Position numbers and translations under genes: made by a program. From an uncultured Acidimicrobiales bacterium (lineage in GTDB: Bacteria > Actinomycetota > Acidimicrobiia > Acidimicrobiales > UBA8190), in the NCBI GenBank assembly GCA_963838775.1, contig CAWISP010000034.1:13689-77688 (forward strand): a stretch of DNA of 64,000 bases, read 5' to 3'. Numbering within the stretch: the first letter of the stretch is position 1; every line of letters starts with the position of its first letter. This document shows, piece after piece, positions 18,307 to 27,640 of the stretch. A model generated the notes under the pieces. The model made no database searches and was not told where the DNA came from. It was given only the letters and a program-made list of their open reading frames with translations.

Positions 18307-19508
18307 TGCTCCTGGGCGTCAGGCCCGACGGGCCCGTCCAGGGTCGACGCGTCGTCGTCACCGGCATGGGCGTCGTCTCGTGTTGCGGGATCGGCCTCGA
18401 CGCCTTTTGGGACGGCCTGTTGCAACCCGCGCCCGAGGGGGAGCGGCGCGTGGTGGGCTTCGACCCGACCACCTGGTTCGGCCCCAAAGAAGTCCGGCGC
18501 GTCGACCGTTTCGCGCAGTTCTCGGTGGCGGCCGCCGACATGGCACTCGTCGACGCGGGCGAGATCGGGGCGGATCCGGATCGTTCCGGCGTCGTGTTCG
18601 CCACCGGTGTCGGTGGTCTCGAGACGCTCCAGGATCAGATCGGGGTGTTCCACGAGAAGGGGCCGCGGCGCGTGTCCCCGTTCCTCATCCCCATGATGAT
18701 GGTGAACGCCGGGGCCGCACACGTGTCCATGCACTCCGGTTTCCACGGCCCGTGCGAGACGATTGCCACGGCGTGCGCGGCCGGGACCCACGCCATCGCG
18801 GCTGCGGCCCGACTGGTGTCGACCGGTCGGTGTGACGTCACCATCGGAGGCGGCGCCGAAGCGGCCATGGTCGGGATCGGCTTGGCCGCGTTCGGCAACA
18901 TGACGGCCCTGTCGAGCGAGGGCAAGTCCCGCCCCTTCGACGTTCGGCGCGACGGCTTCGTCTGCGCCGAGGGCGGAGCGGCTCTGGTGCTCGAGGACCT
19001 CGACCATGCCCGTCGTCGGGGGGCGCGCATCTACGCCGAGCTCCTCGGGGCGGGATCGACCGCCGACGCCCATCACATCACCGCGCCCGCGCCGGGAGGA
19101 AACGGCGCCGCGGCGTGCATGGAGCTGGCCCTGGCCGACGCCGGGGTGCCGCCCTCGGGCATCGGGCACATCAACGCCCACGGGACCTCGACCCCCCTCA
19201 ACGACCTGGCCGAGGCGCAAGCCATCGAGAAGGTGTTCGGCTCCCCCGCTCCGCCGGTCACCTCCATCAAGGGCGTCACGGGGCATGCCCTCGGTGGGGC
19301 GGGGGCCCTCGAGGCCGTCGCCACCACGCTCACCATCGACCGTCGCCTCATCCCGCCCACCGCCGGCTACGAGGAACCCGACCCCGAGATCCACCTCGAC
19401 GTGGTCCACGGCCAGGGCCGGCCCTGGGATCCCGCCCCCGCCCTGTCGAACTCCTTCGGTTTCGGTGGGCACAACGGGTGCCTGGTGATCGGGCCGCCTC
19501 CGGCCTGA
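18306..19508 (+). CDS. fabF: 3-oxoacyl-ACP synthase II (KAS II)
   Basis: ATG overlaps the acpP stop (TGATG). VVVTGMGVVS start, active-site ACAAG, HGTSTPLND and GHALGGAGALE motifs. Confidence 0.92.
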   Translation: MLLGVRPDGPVQGRRVVVTGMGVVSCCGIGLDAFWDGLLQPAPEGERRVVGFDPTTWFGPKEVRRVDRFAQFSVAAADMALVDAGEIGADPDRSGVVFATGVGGLETLQDQIGVFHEKGPRRVSPFLIPMMMVNAGAAHVSMHSGFHGPCETIATACAAGTHAIAAAARLVSTGRCDVTIGGGAEAAMVGIGLAAFGNMTALSSEGKSRPFDVRRDGFVCAEGGAALVLEDLDHARRRGARIYAELLGAGSTADAHHITAPAPGGNGAAACMELALADAGVPPSGIGHINAHGTSTPLNDLAEAQAIEKVFGSPAPPVTSIKGVTGHALGGAGALEAVATTLTIDRRLIPPTAGYEEPDPEIHLDVVHGQGRPWDPAPALSNSFGFGGHNGCLVIGPPPA

Positions 19509-19550
19509 CCCAGCGTCTCGCACCCGCCCGGGGCCCGCACCGCAAACCCG

Positions 19551-21212
19551 GTGGGGCACGGTACGGTCGACATGATGACCATTCCCGACGGCGGGGCAGC
19601 CGCGGGGCCTGACCCTGCGGACCTCGCCTTCGGCGCCTTCTCCTCGCACCCGCCCTGGGTCCTCGACCTGGATCGACTGTCGTGGAGCGCGGGCATCGAC
19701 GGGCTCCGCCGGCGGACGCGGGCCGAGGCCCCCCGTCTCACCCGCAAGCGCCGGCTGCCCCCGGGGTCGCGCGTGGTCCGGGTGGCCGCCGTCCTGGGCC
19801 CGGCGGTGGCGGGCTGGTATGTAAGCGACCGCCGCCGGGGGCAGCACCAGTCGCGGGCCGGATTGTCTCGCCGTCTGCGTCGGGCCTTCGAGCGGCTCGG
19901 GCCCACCTACATCAAGTTGGGCCAGATCCTGTCCTCGGGGGAGGGACTCTTCCCCGAGGAGCTCGTCGCCGAGTTTCGCCTCCTTCGTGATCGTGTCCCG
20001 GCCGAGCCCTTCGCCGTGGTGCGCCGCATCGTCGAAGCGGACCTGGGTATGACACTCGAACAGCAGTTCAGCGAGTTCGATCGGACGCCCATCGCGGCGG
20101 CTTCGGTGGCGCAGGTCCACGCGGCGCGCCTCAAGAGCGGAGAAGCCGTCGTGGTGAAGGTGCAACGGCCCGACGTAGCGACACTGGTACGCCGTGACCT
20201 CGCCGCGATGAGCTGGCTAGCACCCCTCCTCGTCGGCCGCATCCCCGTCGCCGCCCTCGCCAACCCCCCTGCCCTGGTAGAGCTGTTCGGCGAGACCATC
20301 GTGGAGGAGCTCGACTTCCGTCTCGAGGCCCAGAACATGCTCGACGTGGCGCGTGTGCTGGCCGACACCGACCAGCACGCCATCGTCGTTCCCCGACCCC
20401 ACCCCTCCCTCGTCACCCGCCGGGTCCTCGTCATGGAGAGACTCGACGGCTTCGCGTGGGGCGATGCCGACGCCATGCGCGCCGCGGGGATCGATACCGA
20501 GGAGGTCCTGCACGCCGCGCTGATTGCGTTCTTGGAAGGCGCCCTTCTCTACGGTGTCTTCCACGGCGACCTGCACGGCGGCAATTTGTTCGTGCAGCCG
20601 GACGGCCGCGTGGCCCTCCTCGACTTCGGCATCACGGGCCGTTTCGACGAGCCCCGACGCCTGGCTTTTCTCCGTCTGGTCATGGCGGCGTCCGCCAACG
20701 ACGTCCCCGGACAGATCGCAGCCATGCGTGACCTCGGCGCCCTGCCGGTCGACGTGGACATCGACGCCGTGATCCACGACCTCGGGCTGGACCGCCCCCC
20801 CTTCGACCCGACCACACTCACCGCCGAGGAGCTCACCGCCGAGATCCGCAACCTCACCAAGGGCCTCCTCGGCTACGGGGCGCGTATGCCCAAGGAGCTC
20901 ATGCTCTACGTGAAGGACATGCTCTTTCTCGACGGCGCCCTGGCGGTCATGGCTCCCAACGTGGACGTCATCGGCGAGATCGTCAGGGTGGTGATGTACT
21001 TCCACGAGCGTCACGGCGATCGGATCGCCAAGGAGATGGGGGTCGATCCGGGCGCGATCCCCGCCCTCGACGTGGCCGGGATCCGGGCCTCACTCGGCGT
21101 CGGCGACGCCGTGGACGCCATCACCTACAAAGAGCTCCAAGAGCGCCGTGAACTCATCCGGCGCCGCCTCGAGCACCACCAACGGGGTCGAAGGCGCAGG
21201 CGGCAGGCCTAG
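19551..21212 (+). CDS. ABC1/UbiB-family atypical protein kinase
   Basis: LGPTYIKLGQILSSGEGLFPEE, AAASVAQVHAARL, VVKVQRPDV and FHGDLHGGN motifs are typical of the AarF/ABC1/UbiB family. Confidence 0.85.
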   Translation: MGHGTVDMMTIPDGGAAAGPDPADLAFGAFSSHPPWVLDLDRLSWSAGIDGLRRRTRAEAPRLTRKRRLPPGSRVVRVAAVLGPAVAGWYVSDRRRGQHQSRAGLSRRLRRAFERLGPTYIKLGQILSSGEGLFPEELVAEFRLLRDRVPAEPFAVVRRIVEADLGMTLEQQFSEFDRTPIAAASVAQVHAARLKSGEAVVVKVQRPDVATLVRRDLAAMSWLAPLLVGRIPVAALANPPALVELFGETIVEELDFRLEAQNMLDVARVLADTDQHAIVVPRPHPSLVTRRVLVMERLDGFAWGDADAMRAAGIDTEEVLHAALIAFLEGALLYGVFHGDLHGGNLFVQPDGRVALLDFGITGRFDEPRRLAFLRLVMAASANDVPGQIAAMRDLGALPVDVDIDAVIHDLGLDRPPFDPTTLTAEELTAEIRNLTKGLLGYGARMPKELMLYVKDMLFLDGALAVMAPNVDVIGEIVRVVMYFHERHGDRIAKEMGVDPGAIPALDVAGIRASLGVGDAVDAITYKELQERRELIRRRLEHHQRGRRRRRQA

Positions 21213-21919
21213 ACCGGAGGTGTCACCAACGAAGAGGGCATCCCCGACCCGGTGTTCGAGCCAGACGCCGGGCCCATCGGCCGCCACGTCCCGCCGTTGG
21301 CCTTCGACACCGTCTGGTCGTTGACCACCTTGGCCGTCGCCGTCCCGCCCGAGACCACCGCGACGACCTGCACCGTGTCGCCGGTCTTGACGCTGCCGAT
21401 ACCCATCTCCCCGCCGTTGACACTCGTGCCGGAGTCGACGGTGAAGGTGCCCGAGCTGCCGTCCGCGCTCTTCACCGTCAGCGACCACGTGCTGCCCGAC
21501 GTGTCGGTGACGCTGGAGACGGTCCCGGTGCGCTCCGACACCGTCTCGTAGCCGTTCGGGCCCTTGATCGTGAACTGGCCGTCGATGATCGGTCCACCGA
21601 GACCGAGCCCACCGACAGCGGCCCCACCGAACCCACCTCCGCCGAACCCGAACCGAGCACGGCCCGGCCCTCCGAACCCGTGCTTCGGGCCCGGGACCGT
21701 GGTGGTGGTCGACGTCGAGGCCGTCGCCGCGGCGTCGGGGGTGGTCCCACCTGACGCCGTGGCGGCCTGCGCCAGCGCGGTGGCGCCGACGGCCACGCCG
21801 GCCGCGGCGCCGATGCCCACCGCCACCTTCAACCAGCGCCGACGAGAGCCACTGCGGTGGTCAGGGCTGGGTTCCCAAGGAGCCTGGGCCCCGGGTGGTG
21901 TTCCCGGCGTGTCTTGCAT
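21209..21919 (-). CDS. Hypothetical secreted protein (Tat-like signal, Gly-rich linker, beta-rich C-terminal domain)
   Basis: RRRWLKVAVGIGAAAGVAVGATALAQA signal, a GFGGGGFGG low-complexity stretch, then Ser/Thr/Val-rich beta-type sequence. I recognise no family. Its stop shares CTAG with the convergent ubiB-like gene. Confidence 0.6.
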   Translation of the reverse strand: MQDTPGTPPGAQAPWEPSPDHRSGSRRRWLKVAVGIGAAAGVAVGATALAQAATASGGTTPDAAATASTSTTTTVPGPKHGFGGPGRARFGFGGGGFGGAAVGGLGLGGPIIDGQFTIKGPNGYETVSERTGTVSSVTDTSGSTWSLTVKSADGSSGTFTVDSGTSVNGGEMGIGSVKTGDTVQVVAVVSGGTATAKVVNDQTVSKANGGTWRPMGPASGSNTGSGMPSSLVTPPV

Positions 21920-22139
21920 CGTTCAGCCTCTCCGTCCCGCGTCGGCAGGGGGGCCGTTTCTCTTCGTGATGGTACGGCTCGATCCTGTGGCGACACTGTG
22001 GATCTCGCCCTTTCTCCCGGTCAGGGGCAGAAATCCTCGAGTTGGGCCGGGCGGGCCGGGCATTGCTCCCGGGATCTTCCTTCCGACATCGGGGTCGTGA
22101 AGGAAACGGCGTGCCGGGCCGTACCACCGTTGCCGGTCC

Positions 22140-23048
22140 ATGACGCCGACCGACGAGAGGATGACTCCCGCCATGCGCCCCAAAGCCCCAGACACCTTGA
22201 TCCCACGCGCCCCGGGACCGGCGGCTCCGGGCAGACATCTTCGCCGTCGCATGGTCCGGGCCGGGCTCGCCACGCTGGTGATCGCCGTCGTCACCACGCT
22301 GTCGCCAGCGGGATACGCGGCGGGTGCCACCGTCGAGGTCACGACCAGTGCCAACTTCGGCCCGGTGCTCACCGACGCCCAGGGCTTCGCGTTGTACACC
22401 TTCCCGAGCGACCACAACGGCATGAGCGCGTGCACGGGCGCGTGCGTGTCGGTCTGGCCGGCGCTCACCGTCCCCGCCGGGACCACGCCCACCGCCGGGA
22501 CCGGGGTCCCGGGCACGGTGGCGTCGGTGCTGCAAGCCAACGGCACGTACCAGGTCACCTACGACGGCGCGCCGCTGTACACCTTCGTGGGCGACACGAA
22601 TCCGGGTGAGGTGACGGGGAACAACGTGGGCGGGTTCACCGTCGTCCAGGTCGCGGCCGCGCCCTCCACACCCACCACGTCGGCTCCCGCCCCCACCGCG
22701 GGATCGACCTCGCCCTCGACACCGACGACGACGGCGCCGGCGTCGACCACGCCGACGACACCGGCCCCGGCACAAGCGGCCCCTCCTGCCCGGGCGGCGG
22801 CCCCCGCCACCGCCGCCGGCTCGGGCACCTCGCCCTCACCGGTACCAGCTGCCGCGGCCGGGACCAACGCCCCCACCTCCCTGGCCTTCACCGGCCCCGG
22901 GCCCGCGCTGCGGTGGATGGTGCTGGCCGGCGCCATCCTGGTGGTCACCAGCCTCGCGATGTTGTCGGTGCTCGGGGACCGCAACCGACTTCCCCATGTC
23001 ATGCTCCGCCGAGCGCGGCGCGCCGGCGGCTGGCTCCTCGGCCGCTGA
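22140..23048 (+). CDS. Secreted COG4315/Lipoprotein_15-repeat protein with LAFTG sorting signal
   Basis: Two copies of the 'LYTF..D..G.S.C.G.C...WP' type repeat (GFALYTFPSDHNGMSACTGACVSVWPAL; GAPLYTFVGDTNPG). Pro/Thr/Ala stalk, LAFTG at 22881-22895, hydrophobic helix, Arg-rich tail. The true start may be an internal Met. Confidence 0.75.
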   Translation: MTPTDERMTPAMRPKAPDTLIPRAPGPAAPGRHLRRRMVRAGLATLVIAVVTTLSPAGYAAGATVEVTTSANFGPVLTDAQGFALYTFPSDHNGMSACTGACVSVWPALTVPAGTTPTAGTGVPGTVASVLQANGTYQVTYDGAPLYTFVGDTNPGEVTGNNVGGFTVVQVAAAPSTPTTSAPAPTAGSTSPSTPTTTAPASTTPTTPAPAQAAPPARAAAPATAAGSGTSPSPVPAAAAGTNAPTSLAFTGPGPALRWMVLAGAILVVTSLAMLSVLGDRNRLPHVMLRRARRAGGWLLGR

Positions 23049-23070
23049 CCTCGACGAGCCGGGTCACAAC

Positions 23071-23120
23071 GCACACCGGAACCGATGCACACCGGAACCG
23101 GTGCGCACCCAAACCGGTGC
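23071..23120. repeat. Three tandem 16-bp units containing CACCGG-AA-CCGGTG type palindromes, in a convergent intergenic region
   Basis: GCACACCGGAACCGAT / GCACACCGGAACCGGT / GCGCACCCAAACCGGT lie between the stop of 22140-23048 (+) and the stop of trpA (-). Confidence 0.7.
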
Positions 23121-23143
23121 AGCAGGGCGCGTCGGGACTGCGG

Positions 23144-23974
23144 CTACGAGGCGGCTCCGTCGATGCCGGCGCGCAGTGACGCCACGAACTCGCCCGCTCC
23201 CTCGGGGCCGTCCCCGTCGAGGAGGCGACGCACGATCGCCGACCCCACCACGACGCCGTCGGCGTCGACACAGGCCTGGGCGGCCTGGTGCGGGGTGGAC
23301 ACCCCGATGCCGATGCACACGGGGCGGTCCGTGACGGCGCGCACCAACCTGGCCACGTCACCGGCCGTCGCGGCCAGGGTGGGCCGCTCCCCGGTCACCC
23401 CCATCACCCCCACCGTGTAGACGAAACCGCGGGCGCGTTCGCAGATGGCGACGGCCCGTGCCCGGGGCGTCGACGGAGCGACCAGCAACACGGTGGCGAC
23501 GCCGGCGTCGTCGGCCTCGGCACACCATTCCTCGCCCTCCTCGAGGGGCAGGTCGGGGATGATGGCCCCCGCCACGCCGGCGTCGGCCAAGGAGCGGGCG
23601 AACCGGCGGAGACCGGCACGGAACACGATGTTGTAATACGTCATCACACACAGCGGCACGGCCAGGTCGGCCCGGGCCAGCGCATCGAGCACCATCGTCG
23701 GCGTGGTCCCTCGCTGGAGTGCCCGCAGGGAGGCCTCCTGGACGGTGGGACCGTCGATCATCGGGTCCGAGAACGGGATGCCGATCTCCACGGCGTCGGC
23801 ACCGGCGTCGGCGACGGCGTGGATCGACTCGATCCAATCGGGGCCCATGCCGCCGGTGACGTAAGGCACGAGCAGCTTTCGGCCCGCGTCGCGCCGAGCC
23901 CGAAGGTGGGCCTCGAGCGGTCCCGTGCGCGCCTGGCGAGCCGCCGCCGCCCCGTCCGGGGAGCGCACCGTCAT
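23144..23974 (-). CDS. trpA: Tryptophan synthase alpha chain
   Basis: [25 protein letters not shown] and the C-terminal GVVVGSAIV motifs. ATGA overlap with trpB. Confidence 0.92.
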   Translation of the reverse strand: MTVRSPDGAAAARQARTGPLEAHLRARRDAGRKLLVPYVTGGMGPDWIESIHAVADAGADAVEIGIPFSDPMIDGPTVQEASLRALQRGTTPTMVLDALARADLAVPLCVMTYYNIVFRAGLRRFARSLADAGVAGAIIPDLPLEEGEEWCAEADDAGVATVLLVAPSTPRARAVAICERARGFVYTVGVMGVTGERPTLAATAGDVARLVRAVTDRPVCIGIGVSTPHQAAQACVDADGVVVGSAIVRRLLDGDGPEGAGEFVASLRAGIDGAAS

Positions 23975-25203
23975 CGCAACATCTCGCGCACCTGGGCGAC
24001 GTCCTTGTCGCCCCGCCCCGACAGCGTGACGAGGACGGTGGACCCGGCCGGCACCGCGTGCCCCGCCTCGCGCGCCAGCCAGGCCAGCGCATGGGCGGGC
24101 TCGAGGGCGGGGATGATGCCCTCGGTCTCCGACAGCAACTTGAACGCCTCGAGCACCTCGTCGTCGGCCGCCTGTTCGTAGCGCGTACGCCCGATCGACG
24201 ACAGGTACGCGTGTTCGGGGCCGATCCCCGGGTAGTCGAGCCCGGCCGAGATCGAATGCGCCTCGGAGATCTGCCCCACCTCGTCCTGCAGCACATAGGA
24301 CTTCATCCCGTGGACGACGCCCGGCACCCCCCGGCCCACGGCCGCGCCGCCGGCGGCTTCCACCCCCACCAACACGGCATCGGTGTCGACGAAGCCGGCG
24401 AAGGTCCCCGCCGCGTTCGAACCGCCACCGATGCAGGCCACCACCCAGTCCGGGTCGTCACCGCCCAGCAGCACGCGGCACTGCTCCCTGGCCTCGTCGC
24501 CCACCACCCGTTGGAGTTCGCGCACCATCCACGGGTAGGGATGCGGCCCCATGACCGACCCCACGCAGTAGTGGGTGTCGGCCACGTTCGCCACCCAGTC
24601 CCGCAACGCCTCGTTGACGGCGTCTTTGAGGGTGCGACTCCCCGCTCGCACGGGACGGACCTCGGCGCCGAGCAGCTCCATCCGAAAGACGTTGAGCTCC
24701 TGGCGGGCGGTGTCGACCTCGCCCATGTACACGACGCAGTCCATGCCGAACAACGCCGCCGCCGTAGCCGACGCCACGCCGTGCTGGCCGGCGCCTGTCT
24801 CGGCGATGAGGCGGCTCTTGCCCATGCGCCGGGCCAACAGCGTCTGGCCGATCACGTTGTTGAGCTTGTGCGACCCGGTGTGGGCGAGGTCCTCGCGCTT
24901 GAGCAGGATCCGCACCCCCAGGCGCTGCGACAGGCGGAGGCACTCGGTGACCGGGGTGGGCCGACCGCCGTAGTCGCGGAGGATGGTCTCGAACTCCTCG
25001 TGAAAACCAGGATCGGACCACGCCGACCGGAACGCCGCTTCGAGCTCGAGGCACGCCGGCATGAGCGACTCGGGGACGAACCGTCCCCCGAACTCGCCGA
25101 AGCGCCCGCTGGCCGACGGCTCGCCCATGACGCTGGTCGGCGCCGGTGGTGGTCCCGCGTGCTGCGCTCCGTCGCCGCCGACGACGCGCCGATCGGGGCT
25201 CAC
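23971..25203 (-). CDS. trpB: Tryptophan synthase beta chain
   Basis: [27 protein letters not shown] (PLP lysine) and GGGSNA motifs. GTGA overlap with trpF. Confidence 0.93.
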   Translation of the reverse strand: MSPDRRVVGGDGAQHAGPPPAPTSVMGEPSASGRFGEFGGRFVPESLMPACLELEAAFRSAWSDPGFHEEFETILRDYGGRPTPVTECLRLSQRLGVRILLKREDLAHTGSHKLNNVIGQTLLARRMGKSRLIAETGAGQHGVASATAAALFGMDCVVYMGEVDTARQELNVFRMELLGAEVRPVRAGSRTLKDAVNEALRDWVANVADTHYCVGSVMGPHPYPWMVRELQRVVGDEAREQCRVLLGGDDPDWVVACIGGGSNAAGTFAGFVDTDAVLVGVEAAGGAAVGRGVPGVVHGMKSYVLQDEVGQISEAHSISAGLDYPGIGPEHAYLSSIGRTRYEQAADDEVLEAFKLLSETEGIIPALEPAHALAWLAREAGHAVPAGSTVLVTLSGRGDKDVAQVREMLR

Positions 25204-25885
25204 GCGTCCTCCTGCCAGTCGAAGGGGCCTCCGAGCTCTTCGTCGTCAGGGGCATCGACCTCGGTGTCGTCGTCCACCTTCTCTCCTGCGGCGGTGCGCG
25301 CCGCCACTACGAAGGCGCGCACCTTTCGAGGGTCCTTGCGGCCGGGCTCGGACTCCACCCCCGAAGACACGTCCACCCCGAAGGGGTGGAGATGGGCGAT
25401 GGCGTCGGCCACGTTGCCGGCGTTGAGCCCGCCCGACACGATGAGCCGAGCCGGGTCGGCGACCCCCTCGGCCAACCGCCAGTCGAAGACCTCGCCCGAC
25501 CCGGGCGACTCGGCATCCACCAAGACGGTCTCCACGCCGTAGTCGTCGAGACGGGCGATGTTGCGGTGTCCGGCCGGAAAGGCCTTGATCGTGAACGCGA
25601 TGCGTTCGGCCACCCAGCGTGTGTCCTCGGCGGTCTCGTCACCGTGGAGCTGCGCGGCGCGCAGGCCGATGCCGTTGACGATGTCCACCACCCGCGTCGG
25701 TGCCTCGTTGCGGAACACTCCCACGGTCAGGATCTCGGGGGGACGCGCTCGATGATGCGTCGCACCGCCTGGGGCGCGACCTGGCGCGGCGAGGGGGCGA
25801 ACACGAACCCGATGGCGTCGGCCCCCAACCCGACGGCCAGGAGCGCGTCGGCCTCGGAGGTGATCCCGCAGATCTTCACGAGCAC
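25200..25885 (-). pseudogene. trpF: Phosphoribosylanthranilate isomerase, frame broken at a G6/C6 homopolymer (25737-25742)
   Basis: The N-terminus [36 protein letters not shown]...RRIIERVPP is in one frame (tail of track ORF 25727-26143). The continuation (EILT)VGVFRNEAP...QLHGDE...GGLNAGNV...GVDVSSGVE is in ORF 25200-25724. One extra C would restore [11 protein letters not shown]. Confidence 0.85.
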
Positions 25886-25889
25886 GGGG

Positions 25890-26807
25890 TCACCTCTCTG
25901 TCGCCCCGCCGGGGCGCATCCCGACCCGGGAGGCGTGCGGGCGCGAGCCCACCCGGTGCCCGGTGAGGGCCCGAACCGCGGCGGCTCGGTCGGGGGCCCG
26001 GATGAGCGACTCCCCCACCAGCACGGCCTGGTAGCCGATATCGGCCAGGCGAGCGACGTCGTCTTCGCCCCCGATGCCCGACTCGGCCACCGCCACCACC
26101 TCCGACGGGATGTGCTCCACGAGCCGGGCCGCTCGACCGGCATCGACCGAAAAGGTCGTGAGGTCGCGCTGGTTGACCCCGACGAGCTCCGCCCCGGCGT
26201 CGAGGGCCCGCTCCAGCTCGGCTTCGTCGTGCACCTCGACCACGGCGTCGAGTGTGATCTCGTGGGCCACGCTGAGGAAGCTCGACAGTTCGGTGTCCGA
26301 AAGGGCGGCCACGATCAACAGGACGGCATCGGCGCCCATGAGCCGGGCGTCACAGATGTCGGCGGGACTCACGGTGAAGTCCTTGCGCAAGACCGGGAGC
26401 CGACACGCCGACCGGGCCGCCACCAGATCGGCGGGGGAACCCGAGAAGAACTCCACGTCGGTGAGCACCGAGACACCCGCGGCCCCCCCGGCCTCGTAGT
26501 CGACGGCCACGGCGGCGGCATCGAGCCCGACGTCGAGGTCCCCCTTCGACGGCGAGCGCCGCTTCACCTCGGCGATCACGGCGAGCTCGCCCCCGGCCGG
26601 GACCGACAGGCTCAGGGCGAAGGGCCGCGTCGGGCCACAGGCCTGGGCCCGGTCGAGGAGGTCGTCGAGGTCACGCTCATCAGCGGCAGCCCGGGCGCGG
26701 TGCGCGGCGAGAATCCCCGTCAGGTAGGTGTCGGGCGGCACCGGACCAAGACTAATGGGCGGCGCCTGGCTGCCAGCGGTCCCCGGCGCCACCGTCCGTC
26801 GGGCCAT
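25890..26807 (-). CDS. trpC: Indole-3-glycerol phosphate synthase
   Basis: [26 protein letters not shown] and ESGI motifs. The N-terminal start is uncertain (an internal GTG is possible). Confidence 0.9.
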   Translation of the reverse strand: MARRTVAPGTAGSQAPPISLGPVPPDTYLTGILAAHRARAAADERDLDDLLDRAQACGPTRPFALSLSVPAGGELAVIAEVKRRSPSKGDLDVGLDAAAVAVDYEAGGAAGVSVLTDVEFFSGSPADLVAARSACRLPVLRKDFTVSPADICDARLMGADAVLLIVAALSDTELSSFLSVAHEITLDAVVEVHDEAELERALDAGAELVGVNQRDLTTFSVDAGRAARLVEHIPSEVVAVAESGIGGEDDVARLADIGYQAVLVGESLIRAPDRAAAVRALTGHRVGSRPHASRVGMRPGGATER

Positions 26808-26890
26808 GACCGGGCCCTCGGAGCTGCGACATCACACTCTCCTCATCAACTCTTCATGGTCCGCTGACCCCGACGTTGTGGGATGGACCG

Positions 26891-27631
26891 ATGCCAGAGC
26901 GCCCCGAGGGTCCCCGTCGGTCGTACTCCCCCGGTGCCAAGCTGGGGCCGGTGGCAACAGACGGGGAAACCATCGTCGTCATCGAGGATGACCCGAACAT
27001 TTCCGACCTGGTGGCGCTGTACCTGCGTCGAGAGGGCTTCCGGGTCTTGCAGGCCGATGACGGCGAGCAAGGCCTCGCCTACGTCGACCGGGACCGGCCC
27101 AAGCTCGTGGTGGTGGACGTGGGCCTGCCCGGCGAGCTCGACGGATTCGACGTGTGCCGGCGGCTGCGCGCCGCGGGGGACGTCCCCATCGTGATGCTCA
27201 CGGCCCGCGACGACGAGATCGATCGCGTCGTGGGGCTCGAGTTCGGCGCCGACGACTACGTCACCAAACCGTTCTCGCCGCGCGAGCTCGTGGCCCGGGT
27301 CCGGACCATCCTGCGCCGGGCCGGGACACCGACACGGGTGGAGCCTTCGGTCCTCGAGGTGGGAGACGCCGTCATCGACACCGGTCGGCGCGAGGTCCGG
27401 CGCGCCGGGTCGGTGGTGGCCCTCACCACCCGCGAGTTCGATCTGCTCACGTACCTGGCCCTCAATACCGGCCTGGCTCTGTCACGGCGCCAACTGCTCG
27501 ACGGCGTATGGGGGGAAGGCTGGTACGGCGACGAGCGGACGGTCGACGTCCACGTCCGACAACTGCGCAAGAAACTCGGCGACGACCTACCTCTCACCAC
27601 GGTGTGGGGGGTCGGGTACCGGCTGGGCTGA
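26891..27631 (+). CDS. OmpR/PhoB-family response regulator
   Basis: REC (IVVIEDDPNISDL...LVVVDVGLPGELDG...GADDYVTKPFSPREL) plus a winged-helix domain (LTTREFDLLTYLA...VWGVGYRL). Divergent from trpC. Confidence 0.88.
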   Translation: MPERPEGPRRSYSPGAKLGPVATDGETIVVIEDDPNISDLVALYLRREGFRVLQADDGEQGLAYVDRDRPKLVVVDVGLPGELDGFDVCRRLRAAGDVPIVMLTARDDEIDRVVGLEFGADDYVTKPFSPRELVARVRTILRRAGTPTRVEPSVLEVGDAVIDTGRREVRRAGSVVALTTREFDLLTYLALNTGLALSRRQLLDGVWGEGWYGDERTVDVHVRQLRKKLGDDLPLTTVWGVGYRLG

Positions 27632-27640
27632 CCTCGCCAC

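Noticed and set aside
18279-20165. 628-aa ORF antisense to fabF and the ABC1 kinase gene
   Set aside because: Shadow ORF spanning two unrelated conserved genes on the opposite strand, with an Arg/Gly/Pro-rich translation.
21209-21212. Convergent genes whose stop codons overlap in a shared CTAG
   Set aside because: It is real in the sequence but a trivial consequence of tight packing. It carries no functional implication beyond the absence of a terminator.
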